Assembly (NCBI GenBank): GCA_963836075.1
Contig: CAWIIB010000009.1
Coordinates: 704,001 to 768,000, forward strand
Direction: 5' to 3'
DNA: 64,000 nucleotides
DNA from: an uncultured Acidobacteriota bacterium
GTDB lineage: Bacteria > Acidobacteriota > JAQAZP01
Shown: piece after piece, positions 39,582 to 50,100 of the stretch
Layout: the number at the start of each line of letters is the position of its first letter
How positions within the stretch are numbered: position 1 is the stretch's first letter
Notes under the pieces: generated by a model
What the model was told of the DNA's origin: nothing
Database searches by the model: none
The model's input: only the letters and a program-made list of their open reading frames with translations
Position numbers and translations under genes: made by a program

Positions 39582-40136
39582 TCAATCCTTCTTCCGCGAG
39601 AGCAGCGTTTTGATCTCTTTGTTGGTGTAGCCATGTTTTTTGATCAGGATTTTTTCCAGCGCTTTCCGTGATTTCACCAGGCTGTAACGCACCACATTGA
39701 TCTTCAACTGCAGCATGTCGGCGATCTGCTGATCGCTCAACTTGTCGAAATGAGCCAGCCTGAAAATGTTGGCTTCCGCTTCCGGAAGCGGCAGCGTCTT
39801 CTCTCGCGATCGCGCACTGATCAGGTCTTCCTCCTGATGCGCGGCGGAGGAGACCGTCGCCTGGCTGACTTTCTCTATATCCCTGTGTTTCCACTTCGTA
39901 TCCCTCCTGATGTGGTCGATCAGCAGGTTACGGAAGCTGGTATACAGATATCCGGCCGCCTCCGTCCGGTCCATCTCCGGTCGCTCTCTCTCGAGAAGCC
40001 TGGCGAACACCTCCTGAACGATATCCGCGGCCTTGTTCTTCTCGAAGAGCGCATAGAATGCCTTCCGATACAGAGCATCAAAATGCTCGTTATAGAGCCA
40101 CTGTATGGTTTCCTGCCAACTGCTATAACGAGTCAT
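39582..40136 (-). CDS. ECF sigma factor
   Basis: AADIVQEVF..YLY..RNLLIDHIR; region 4 SDQQIADMLQLKINVVRY. Confidence 0.88.
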   Translation of the reverse strand: MTRYSSWQETIQWLYNEHFDALYRKAFYALFEKNKAADIVQEVFARLLERERPEMDRTEAAGYLYTSFRNLLIDHIRRDTKWKHRDIEKVSQATVSSAAHQEEDLISARSREKTLPLPEAEANIFRLAHFDKLSDQQIADMLQLKINVVRYSLVKSRKALEKILIKKHGYTNKEIKTLLSRKKD

Positions 40137-40355
40137 GGTCCGATTTTTACAATTTATTTTGAGACCGTCAGATATAACCGTCCGGTGACACTGGACAGCC
40201 GCCTGCTGAGAATTCGAGAAATTATCCCACAATAATAATCCCTGTCCAGTTTGGGAGTCGTAAAAAGATTCCGAAATTTTTCGGCTTCGACGTTATCAGG
40301 GTTCGGAGGACACCCTCCAGATTGTCAACCATCAATCGAGAGGAGCCTGTGAACA

Positions 40356-42836
40356 ATGAATCCATGCACAACCCGATTAATACTTATGCTTCCAATGCTG
40401 TTCCTGCTGCTGGCCGTCTCTACCCCTGACCTGCCGGCAGCCGTGATCCTCGTCCCGGCCGATCAGCCGACAATCCAGGATGGGATCGATGCCGCAGCAA
40501 ACGGGGATATCGTGGTGGTGGCTGACGGCACCTACACCGGCCCCGGCAACCGGGCTCTTGACTTCCACGGCAAGGCGATCACTGTTCGCTCGGCCAACGG
40601 CCCGGACACCTGTGTCATCGACGGCGAAGAGGAAGAGCGGATTTTTCACCTGCATTGCGGTGAGGACCGCCGCTCGGTGATCCGCGGTTTCACCATCACC
40701 AGGGGCGGGGTTGCCATGGGCGGCTCCATCTGGGAGAAGGGAGGCGGCATCTGGTGCACCGACAATGCTTCCCCCACCATCGAGGGCAATCGGATCCTGG
40801 ACAATCGTGGTTCCGGAATCTTCTGCGATGACGGAGCCGCCCCGCTGATTCGAGGCAACACCATCGACGGGAATTCACCCGAGTTTGGCGCCGGTATCGG
40901 TTGCGAGTCCTGTTCGCCCTTGATTATCAAAAACGTGATCAGCAACAACAGATCAGTCCCGGCATTCGGGGGGGGATGGGGCGGCGGCATTTACTGCAGC
41001 GATTCGGACGCCGTCATCGCCCACAACGTGATCAGAAACAACTTTGCCAATGAATATCCTTTTGAGCAATCGGGCAGGGGCGGCGGGGTGTACGGCAGCA
41101 ATTTCAACGGTCGGATCGAAGAAAACGTGATCATGGCCAATGAAGTTGTGGGAGTGGGAGGGGGGATTTTCCTGTCCGATTCGTCGCCGGAAATCGTCAA
41201 CAACATCATCCAGGACAACATCGTGCTGAAGAGCCCCACAACTTCACGGTTCCGGCCCCGTGGCGGCGGGATAATGATCGAATACCAGTCCGAACCGACA
41301 TTGATCAACAACACGATTGTGCGCAACGAGCTTGGCCCCCGGGGACAGGGCGGGGGGATCCACATCAGTGCCCACTTTACCTCCCCCTCCCCCACGGGGC
41401 CGCCCGGCTCGAGCGCGGGCGGAGACGGGAGGGAAACATCCGGCAACTCCGGGTATGCGGTCACGCTGCTCAACACCATTCTCCGCAGGAACAGCGCCGA
41501 GAGTGGCGAGCAGATCTTCATCACCAACGACTTCTCCCCCGACACCATCGCTCTGGACGCCAGCTACAGCAACGTTGAAGGCGGTGAGGCGGGGATTGTT
41601 GTGGAGCAGGGGGCCCAGCTCAACTGGGGCAGCGGCATGATCGAGGCCGATCCACTGTTCATCAGCGGCCCCGGCGGCGACTTCTTCCTTTCTCAGATCA
41701 GTGCCGGACAGGTCGCGGACAGCCCCTGTCTCGACGGGGGCGACCCGGGCCATGATCTTCTGTGGGGCGTCACCCGCACCGATGGGCGGCTCGACCGGGG
41801 AACGACGGACATGGGCTACCACCAACCAGGGATGCAGCGGCTGGTCACCGGGCCGGGCCCCTCACCCGACAATCCTCCGCTGGTCAGTGTCTTCCACCCA
41901 AGGCCGGACACCGTACCCGAATTCTCGTTCCAGGCCTACGGCGCTCCCCATTACGGGGTCAATGTGACCTGCGGCGACGTCACCGGCAACGGCTTTGACG
42001 AGATCATCACCGGCGCCGGCCCCGGAGCGATCTACGGGCCCCATGTCCGCGGATTCAGCGGGGCCGGAGAGCAACTGCCCGGCCTCGGTTTCCTGGCCTA
42101 CGGCACCCATAAATATGGTGTCAACGTGGCCTGCGGATATGTGGACGGCGACGAGTATGCCGAAATCATCACCGGAGCCGGCCCGGGCGCGGTCTTTGGC
42201 CCCCATGTTCGTGTCTGGAACTACGATGACCAGGGGGCGGTCACACCTGTTCCAAACGGCAGTTTCTTTGCCTACGGCACACCGGCCTGGGGCGTGAATG
42301 TCGCCGCCGGCGACCTTGATGGCGACGGGTACGACGAGATTGTCACCGGAGCCGGGCCCGGACCCATATTCGGACCTCACGTGCGCGGCTGGAACCTGGA
42401 TGGCGGCCCGCCCGCGCCCATGCCCGGCGTCAGTTTCATGGCCTATGGGTCGTACCGCTTTGGCGTCAACGTGGCCTGTGGTGATGTGGACGGCGACGGC
42501 ATCGACGAGATCATCACCGGCCCCGGCCCGTCCCCGGTTTTCAGCGCCCACATCCGAGGCTGGAAGGTGGACGGCGCTACCGCCTCTCCGGTTGACGGGA
42601 TCAACTTCATCGCCTGGTCGCAGGGGATGTACGGCGCCAGGGTATTCGCCGGCGCCGACCTGGACGATGACGGACGGGACGAGCTGGTGGTGAGCCGGGG
42701 CCCCGATCCCGACACCGGCTGCGAAGTAAAGGTCTTTCACTACGACAACGGGCAGACATCGCTCTGGTTCTCTCTGGATGCTTACTCCGGGCTCACTTCG
42801 GGGACCAATGCGGCAGGGGGGCTGTTCGAGCAGTGA
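40356..42836 (+). CDS. Secreted right-handed beta-helix protein with C-terminal FG-GAP-like module
   Basis: VPADQPTIQDGIDAA..DGTYTG; GGGI/N repeats; ADPLF..SPCLDGG; NVACGD..GPHVRG repeats. Confidence 0.9.
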   Translation: MNPCTTRLILMLPMLFLLLAVSTPDLPAAVILVPADQPTIQDGIDAAANGDIVVVADGTYTGPGNRALDFHGKAITVRSANGPDTCVIDGEEEERIFHLHCGEDRRSVIRGFTITRGGVAMGGSIWEKGGGIWCTDNASPTIEGNRILDNRGSGIFCDDGAAPLIRGNTIDGNSPEFGAGIGCESCSPLIIKNVISNNRSVPAFGGGWGGGIYCSDSDAVIAHNVIRNNFANEYPFEQSGRGGGVYGSNFNGRIEENVIMANEVVGVGGGIFLSDSSPEIVNNIIQDNIVLKSPTTSRFRPRGGGIMIEYQSEPTLINNTIVRNELGPRGQGGGIHISAHFTSPSPTGPPGSSAGGDGRETSGNSGYAVTLLNTILRRNSAESGEQIFITNDFSPDTIALDASYSNVEGGEAGIVVEQGAQLNWGSGMIEADPLFISGPGGDFFLSQISAGQVADSPCLDGGDPGHDLLWGVTRTDGRLDRGTTDMGYHQPGMQRLVTGPGPSPDNPPLVSVFHPRPDTVPEFSFQAYGAPHYGVNVTCGDVTGNGFDEIITGAGPGAIYGPHVRGFSGAGEQLPGLGFLAYGTHKYGVNVACGYVDGDEYAEIITGAGPGAVFGPHVRVWNYDDQGAVTPVPNGSFFAYGTPAWGVNVAAGDLDGDGYDEIVTGAGPGPIFGPHVRGWNLDGGPPAPMPGVSFMAYGSYRFGVNVACGDVDGDGIDEIITGPGPSPVFSAHIRGWKVDGATASPVDGINFIAWSQGMYGARVFAGADLDDDGRDELVVSRGPDPDTGCEVKVFHYDNGQTSLWFSLDAYSGLTSGTNAAGGLFEQ

Positions 42837-42865
42837 TCGGATAAAACCCCAGGGTGAATTTCGCC

Positions 42866-42916
42866 AGGCTCCGACAGGGTATTGAAACAGAAACACCCGG
42901 TCGGAGCCTTTTCTTT
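42866..42916 (+). terminator. Intrinsic terminator
   Basis: AGGCTCCGAC..GTCGGAGCCT stem followed by TTTCTTT. Confidence 0.6.
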
Positions 42917-43030
42917 CCGCCGGGCCCTGTCCGCTGAAAATAAATCTTAAAAATCTCCTTCCTGTTCGTTATTGGGGGTCAGCACGGGATCAAGCGGATG
43001 AAAACAGAATGAACAATGGGGGATGGGACA

Positions 43031-46000
43031 ATGAAATGCTTGAACATCAAACAGATCGTCTGGGTAAGCCTGCTGATGCTTCTCTTTCTCCTGGCGCCGC
43101 GGACGGCGGCCGGGATGGAGCCCCGGGTCAGTTTCAACGAAGTGGCCCAGACCGCGGACCTGATTTTCATCGGCACCGTCGTCGATCAGGGATGCCGGCT
43201 CAACGACCGGCAGACCATGGTCTTCACCGACGTGTTCTTCGACGATATCTCCATCCTGCACGCTACGGTCGGGGCGGTGCAGAAAGAAAACAGCATGATC
43301 ACCCTCACCTACGCCGGGGGCTTCGTCGAAGGATACGGCGTCACGGTGAGCGGCACGCCGAAGTTGGAGACCGATCAGCGCTACCTCATCTTCACCCGTG
43401 ACGATGGTTTGGTCTACGCCAACCCCATCGTGGGGGGATCCCAGGGCCTGTTCAGGATCATCGAGGACCTGGAGACCGGTGAGGAGCATGTGCTGGCCGC
43501 AGGGGACCGGGCCGTGACCGGTTTCAGTGGTGACTCGATCACCACGGGCTCCGATCGTGTCCTGGCCATCGAGAGCGGGAAGCTCTATACGGAAATCCCG
43601 TCAAACACCGTGACGCTGGAGTCGCCGCCCATAAGCTCCAAGCCCGGCTCATCGGCCCGGATCTCAAATTACAGAGACTCCGAGGCCAGACCTCTTCCAC
43701 TTTCCCGGTTCATCCGCCACCTCGAGGGAAAAGCTCTTACTGCCCCGTTGGGCCACCGCGTTCTTCGGCAAGGGAGTGAGGGCAAGTTCTATCGAGGCCA
43801 CGGTCAGAAGATGGAAGCGGAAAATCTGCAGCCGGCCGACCCTTCCAGCCTTACGACATTGAAAGAGATTCGTCAAAAATACCATGATCAGCCCCGTGTC
43901 CCCCTGGCCGGGGAGATCTTCGAGCCCGCCTCCAGGGGAGAGCGGAGAACCGATTCCACCGATGATGGTGACCTGTGCTATTGCGGTTTTCAGGGCCCCT
44001 ACCTCGAGATGGAACAGGTTGCCGAGACCTCCTGGGCGTTCAGCATACAGAACTATGCCATGTGGTCCTACAATGAACTTGTCGACCTCTACCGCTATTT
44101 CCCGGACGACGGCGGCTTCGGCATCAACTTTGAGAGTGAATTCATCGGCTGGGCCAGCGACGCACTGATGGATGACGTCTACGGATTCAACTGGAATGGC
44201 TACCTGGCCGTCTGCATCAATTGGTTTACCTGGGTCTGTTCCGAGATCGTCGAATCAGACATCGCCTACAACCCGGCCTACGGCTGGACCGACGATCCCG
44301 AGTATTCATACACCCACTCAAACGCTCATCTGCTCCTTCCAACCACTATGCACGAGCTGGGCCACTCCTGGGGGGCACTGACCGGCACCTGCGACGAGAC
44401 CTATTCCTACATTCACCCCACGGTAATGCATGCCGAGCATGATGTCATCGAGGACGGGAAAGGCATCCATATGATCGATGCCGGGGTGATGCGGTTAATC
44501 TACCCGGATGTCGTGGAACCCTCTACCATGGATATTGGCGTGGAATCCTACTATGCGGCGGGCGACCTCAATAATTCCACCACCGATCAGGACGATTACT
44601 ACCCGGGAGATTCCATCTCGCTCTACAACGTGACCACTGAGAACATGACCAGTTTTGCCCTCAACGACGTACGGATCCGCTTCTTCCTCTCTCCGGACAC
44701 CACCATCACCACGGCCGACTATCAGCTGGGCAACGATGCCTTCTGGAACTGGCCTTTTTTCCCCGAAAATAGTTACAGCGTGCTTGACTACCATACGACG
44801 ATTCCCTCCTCGGTGCCGGCCGGCAGCTACTATATCGGCGCCATGGTGAGCATCAATGGTTTTTCCAGTGATCACTTCACCGACAACAACATCACCCGTT
44901 TCAGGGATCCAATCAATGTCATCGTCGATCTCCCAGCTGCGCCGACCAACGTCCAAGCCACTGACGCTGCTTACTGCGACAGGGTGCTGGTCAACTGGGA
45001 CACTTCGGCCGGCGCCAGCGAATACCGGGTCATTCGGAACGGGTACACGGTCAGCGACTGGCAGTCGGGAACGACCTTCGAGGACGATTCCGCTGTGGCG
45101 GGCTGGGTCTACTCCTACGCGGTGAAGGCCAGAAACAGCGGCGGCGAAAGCGGATATTCCGCTGCCGATGCGGGATCGATCAACACCGTGCCTCCCGGGC
45201 CCACCGGCGTCAGCGCCTCTGACGGCACTTACGACTATGGCGTGCGGATCACCTGGAACGAAGTTGAAAACGCTGAAGACTACCATGTGATCCGCGACAT
45301 GGCTCTGCTTTCAGACTGGATGCCGGGCACTGAATTCATTGACACCAGTGCAGAGCCGGGAGTGGTCTACATCTACAACGTCTGGTCGCGCAACGCGTGC
45401 GGAGAGGGCGGATTCAGCAGCCCGGACGAGGGATACGCCCCGGTCGAATCAACCGGCATATTCGCTTCACCGGTGGGTTATCCCACCGGTGACAGCTCCC
45501 GTTGCGTGGCCATCGGCGACCTCGACGGTGACGGATCCACTGACCTGATCGCGGCAAACTATTCCAGCAATGACATATCCGTGATTCTCGGTCTTGGTGA
45601 CGGCACTTTTTCCGCGGCAACAAGCTACTCCGTCGGCACTTCTCCGGCATCGGTGGCGATCGGCGATCTCAACAACGATGGGTCACTCGACCTGGTGTCG
45701 GCAAACCAGGGGGATGATTCGGTTGCGGTGCTGCTCGGTAGTGGCGACGGTTCATTTTCCGCGGCCCAGTTCTTTCCCGTGGGGGATGAACCCTGGTCCG
45801 TGGTGCTCGCCGACCTGAACGGGGACACGCTCCCCGACGTTGCGGTGACCAACTCCGGCAGCAACAGCGTCTCGGGTACTCCTGGGACTGGGCAACGGAA
45901 CATTGGCCTCCGCTGTCTCTCACGTCGTGGGCACGGAGCCGATGGGCATCGCCGCCAGCGATCTCGATGGCGACATGGTCCCCGACCTGGCCGTGACGAA

Positions 46001-46869
46001 CAAAATGACCGGCAACGTGTCCGTTCTGCTGGGGCTCGGCGATGGAACGTTTTCCGCCGCGGTGAGCTACGCCGCCGGGACCAGGCCTCATGGCCTGGCG
46101 ATCGGCGACATGGACGGTGACACCATCCCCGACCTGGTAACCGCAAACAGCGGCACGGACACTGTTTCAGGTACTGCCCGGTCTCGGCGGCGGGACATTT
46201 GCGGCCGCGGAGCAATTTCCGGTGGGTGCGTTTCCCACATCGGTCAGCATCAACGATCTGAACGGGGATGCGCTGCCCGATCTGGTGGTGACGAACTACA
46301 ATGCCGGCACCATTACACTGCTGACAGGAACCGGCGATGGCAGCCTGGTTTTCGAAGCCGACTATCCCGTCGGCGATGAACCTGCCTGGGTGGCGAGTGG
46401 ATTTCTGGACGCCAACTACTCTCCTGACCTGGCCGTGGCAAAGAACGGTGACGGGGACATCTCGGTGCTGCTCAACCGGAACGTCTTCCCACCACCGTCC
46501 ACGATCTCGGCAACCTACAACTGCACCCCGTCCACCGGCACAGTGCCCTTCACCACCAGCATGCTGGTGCAGATGGTCAATCTCGAGCCAACCCGCCCGG
46601 CAACCCGGATCGCCGCGCGGATCGACGTGGTACTGGCCAGCGGCACCAGCTACTCTAGTTGGCGCCAGGGATATACCAACGTGAGCCAGGGCAGCCAATA
46701 CAGCCTGAGCTGGGGGCAGACGCTACCGGTCTTCGGTTCGGTGATCGGAAACAACATTTTCACCATGAGCGCCGAGGATGTCACGCCCTCTCCGTACAAC
46801 CAGCCGCCCTATCCCCCGGCAGGCGATACGGTAACGGAAATGTGCGTAGTGACGGCAAACGAACCGTAA
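43031..46869 (+). CDS. Large secreted zinc metalloprotease with CARDB/FN3 and VCBS/FG-GAP repeats; +1 frameshifts near 45874 and 46170
   Basis: Signal peptide; HELGHSWG..PTVMH; APTNVQATD FN3 units; GDLDGDG..DL repeats continue across ORFs 45903-46379 and 46222-46869. Confidence 0.85.
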
Positions 46870-47027
46870 AGAACTCGATTCGACAGATCCCGGGCCTCAC
46901 GCCGGCTGCCGCTCCTCCCCCTCGAGCGGTGCGGGCGTGGGGCCCTTCGCTCTCCTGCCCTGGCTCAAACATCCTGTTACACTGTGACTCCTCACCCCCC
47001 AGTGCCTTGACCACCAGCAGCGCTTCA

Positions 47028-47056
47028 TTGACAAGTTCGAGAGAGCCACCTATATA
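47028..47056 (+). promoter_or_regulatory. sigma70-type promoter
   Basis: TTGACA-N17-TATATA upstream of the CHAT gene. Confidence 0.45.
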
Positions 47057-47129
47057 TATGTAATATTGGAAATTGCCTCTTGATCCACATATCAGAACAG
47101 GAAACGTTCGAACACACCGGATTACTGGA

Positions 47130-50100
47130 ATGGTCACTTCTGGTCGACAAGGTTCGACGGCCCTCTCCCTTCTGGCCTTCGCCTGTCTTTTCCTACCCGT
47201 CTCCCTCGTGACACCGGCCCAGGGGCAATCAGGTGAGCACGTGGAAAAAACCGCACCGGCCGTCGAAACAGAACAGCGGCCGGTCCTGCCGGCCGATTCA
47301 GCGGAACAGGTCAAGGAACTGACGGCACGTATCGAGGAGCTGACGAAGACGGGAACCGAAGAGTCGCTCGCCGAGGCGCTGACCCATGCCGAGGAAATCC
47401 TGGCCCTTCGGCTGAAGCACCAGGGGCCGGCTGCCGGCTGGATGACGGCCACAGGTGAACCGGCCGAGTGGTACGAGGTGGGAGACGCGCGGCGTGAGGT
47501 CGAGGATCTCGAGTTGAGGATCGGGTTGGATCTCGAATCGCGGGCCCGGCTGTCCGAGGCCGACGCCGCCGAGGAGTCGCTGGACGAACTTCGCCGGCAG
47601 GGAAAACGCGACGAAGCACTGGAACTGGCCAAGGCGCAACTGGCCACCTACCGCGAACTGCTGGGCGAGGAGCACCTGAACACGGCGGACGGCCTGGCCA
47701 ATGTCGGGAAAATGCTGTCTTCGAAAGGCGACTATTCCGAGGCCGAGCCGTATTACCGGGACTCCCTGGCCCTGAACCGCCGGTTGCTGGGCGACGATCA
47801 TCCGGCTGTGGCCACCAGCATGAACAACCTGGCCATCCTGGTGAAAAGGATGGGGCAGTACGACGAGGCCGAGACGCTGTACCGCGAAGCGCTGGTCACG
47901 ATGCGCCGGCTGCTCGGCGAGAGGGACCTGGAGGTGGCCAGCACCCTGAACAACCTTGCCCAACTGCTCAGGGTAACCGGCGATTACACCGCCGCGGAAC
48001 CCCTCTACCGGGAATCGCTGGCCATTCGCCGGGAACGGCTGGGCAACGAGCACCTGAAGGTGGCCGCGAGCCTGACCAACCTGGCCGGGTTGCTGGTGGG
48101 GAAGGGGGAGTATGCCAGGGCCGAGGCGCTGGCCCGCGAAGCCCTGGCCATCCGGCGCAGCCAGCTGGGTGACCATCACACCGACGTGGCAGGGAGTCTG
48201 GACACTCTGGGACTGATATTGAAGAGGGCCGGGGACTACGACGCGGCCGAACCGATGTCTCGCGAAGCCCTGGCCATCCGGCGGGCATTGCTGGGCAATG
48301 AACACCCGCAGGTGGCTTTGAGCCTGTTCAACCTGGCGGCTCTATTGGAAAAAAAAGGTGATTACGACGAGGCGGAAGTCCTGCTCCGCGAAGCCCTGGC
48401 CATCAATCGCCAGCGTTTTGGCCCCCGGCATCCCAGCGTGGCCGCCAACCTGACCAATTTGGGAAGGATTGCCGAAGCCAGGGGCAAGTATGCGGCAGCG
48501 GAGTTGATGCTCCTCGAAGCACTGGCGATCCAGCGCGAGTTCTACGGCGATGAGCATCGGCACGTGGCCACCAGCTTGAGCGCTCTGGCCGGAGTACTGG
48601 AGAGCAAGGGGGACTACGCGGCTTCCGAATCGCTCTGCCGCGAGGCGCTGGCCATGCGCCGCAAGCTGCTGGGCGACGAACATCAGCTTGTGGCCGTCAG
48701 TCTGAACAACCTGGCACTGTTGCTGGAGAATAAGGGCGACCACGATACGGCCGAGTTCATTCAGCGTGAAGCGCTGGCAATCAATCGAAAAATACTGGGT
48801 GATGAACATGCGGAAGTCGCCACCTGCCTGCAAAACCTGGGCCGCATACTGTCTTCACAGGGCGACTTTGCGACGACCGAGCAGCTGTATCGGGAGGCAC
48901 TGTCGATGCGTCGCCACCTGCTCGGAGATCAGCACCCGGTGGTGGCCGCCAACTTATTCGTTTTGGCATCATTTCTGAGGCTCAGGGGAGACTTTGCGGC
49001 CGCAGAGCCGATGTGTCGCCAAGCGCTGGCCATGCACCGCCGGCTGCAGGGTGATGATCATCCGGAGGTGATCCTCACCATGAACGGCCTGGCCAGATTG
49101 CTCTACGACCGGGGAGATTTCGCTGCAGCCGAAGAATATTGGGCCGCGGCGTCGGACAGATTCGAGACGGCCCGGCTGCGCATCGGCTACGGCGGCCTGG
49201 CACGGGTGCAGTTCACTAAACGGCATTCACCGCTGAGATCCCTGGCGGCGTGCCAGGCCCGCAACGGAAAAATATCTGAAGCATGGAAGGCCCTGGAATC
49301 CGGCCTGGCCCGGGGGCTGCTGGATATGGTGTCGGCAAGGGAGGCCCGCCCGCTGGAGCCATCTGAAAGAACTCGCGAACAGGCCCTGATCAACCGGATG
49401 ATCATCCTTGACGAGCGGATCGGTTCCCTGTCGGCCACTGCGGCAGAGTCCGAGGAAATCCGGTCCCGGCTCGATGCGCTCCGCAATGAACAAGAAATTC
49501 TTCAGGCGGAACTGATCCAGTTCGAGACGAAGATGACTGCCAAATATGGCGCAGCAGCCGGGGAGGTCTACGAACTGCCGCGCATCCAGGCGCAGATGAG
49601 CAGCGATTCGGCACTGTTGGCCTGGGTGGACATCAAGGGAAATCCTCTTTCGGTGAATCCCGGTGGTGAGCACTGGGCCTGCCTGGTCAAAAAGCATGGC
49701 GCACCGATCTGGATCCGGCTTCCGGGAAGTGGAAAGAACGGGACGTGGACAGATGCAGACGATGAAGCACCCGATCAGGTCCGCCAAGCGATGTCCGAGA
49801 ACTCCCGCGAGAAATCGATGCAGCGGAAAGAGCATCTTGTCCGCAGGCTTCTCGCTCAGCGGCTCGCACCGCTTGAGCCGCACCTGGCCGGCATCCACCA
49901 CCTGATTGTATTGCCGGCCGGCAGAATGGCCGGTATCCCCCTGGAAGTGCTGACCGACGACTACACGGTCAGTTACGCACCCTCGGGCACGATATATGCC
50001 TGGCTGAAAGAAAAGAAGCGGAAGCCGGGCCAGCGGCGGTCCGCAGCGACAGGCCCTCCATCACTGCTCGCTGTGGGTGATCCGATCTTCTCCAGCCCGG

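Noticed and set aside
22547-40270. CGTAAAAA(A)GATT upstream of both the gingipain and ECF genes
   Set aside because: Short A-rich match; one copy overlaps a TATAAT box; chance cannot be excluded
45860-46180. Programmed frameshifting or phase variation in the metalloprotease
   Set aside because: No slippery heptamer or long homopolymer; better explained as GTAC-adjacent sequencing error
47640-49150. 126-bp periodicity
   Set aside because: Explained by 42-aa TPR repeats
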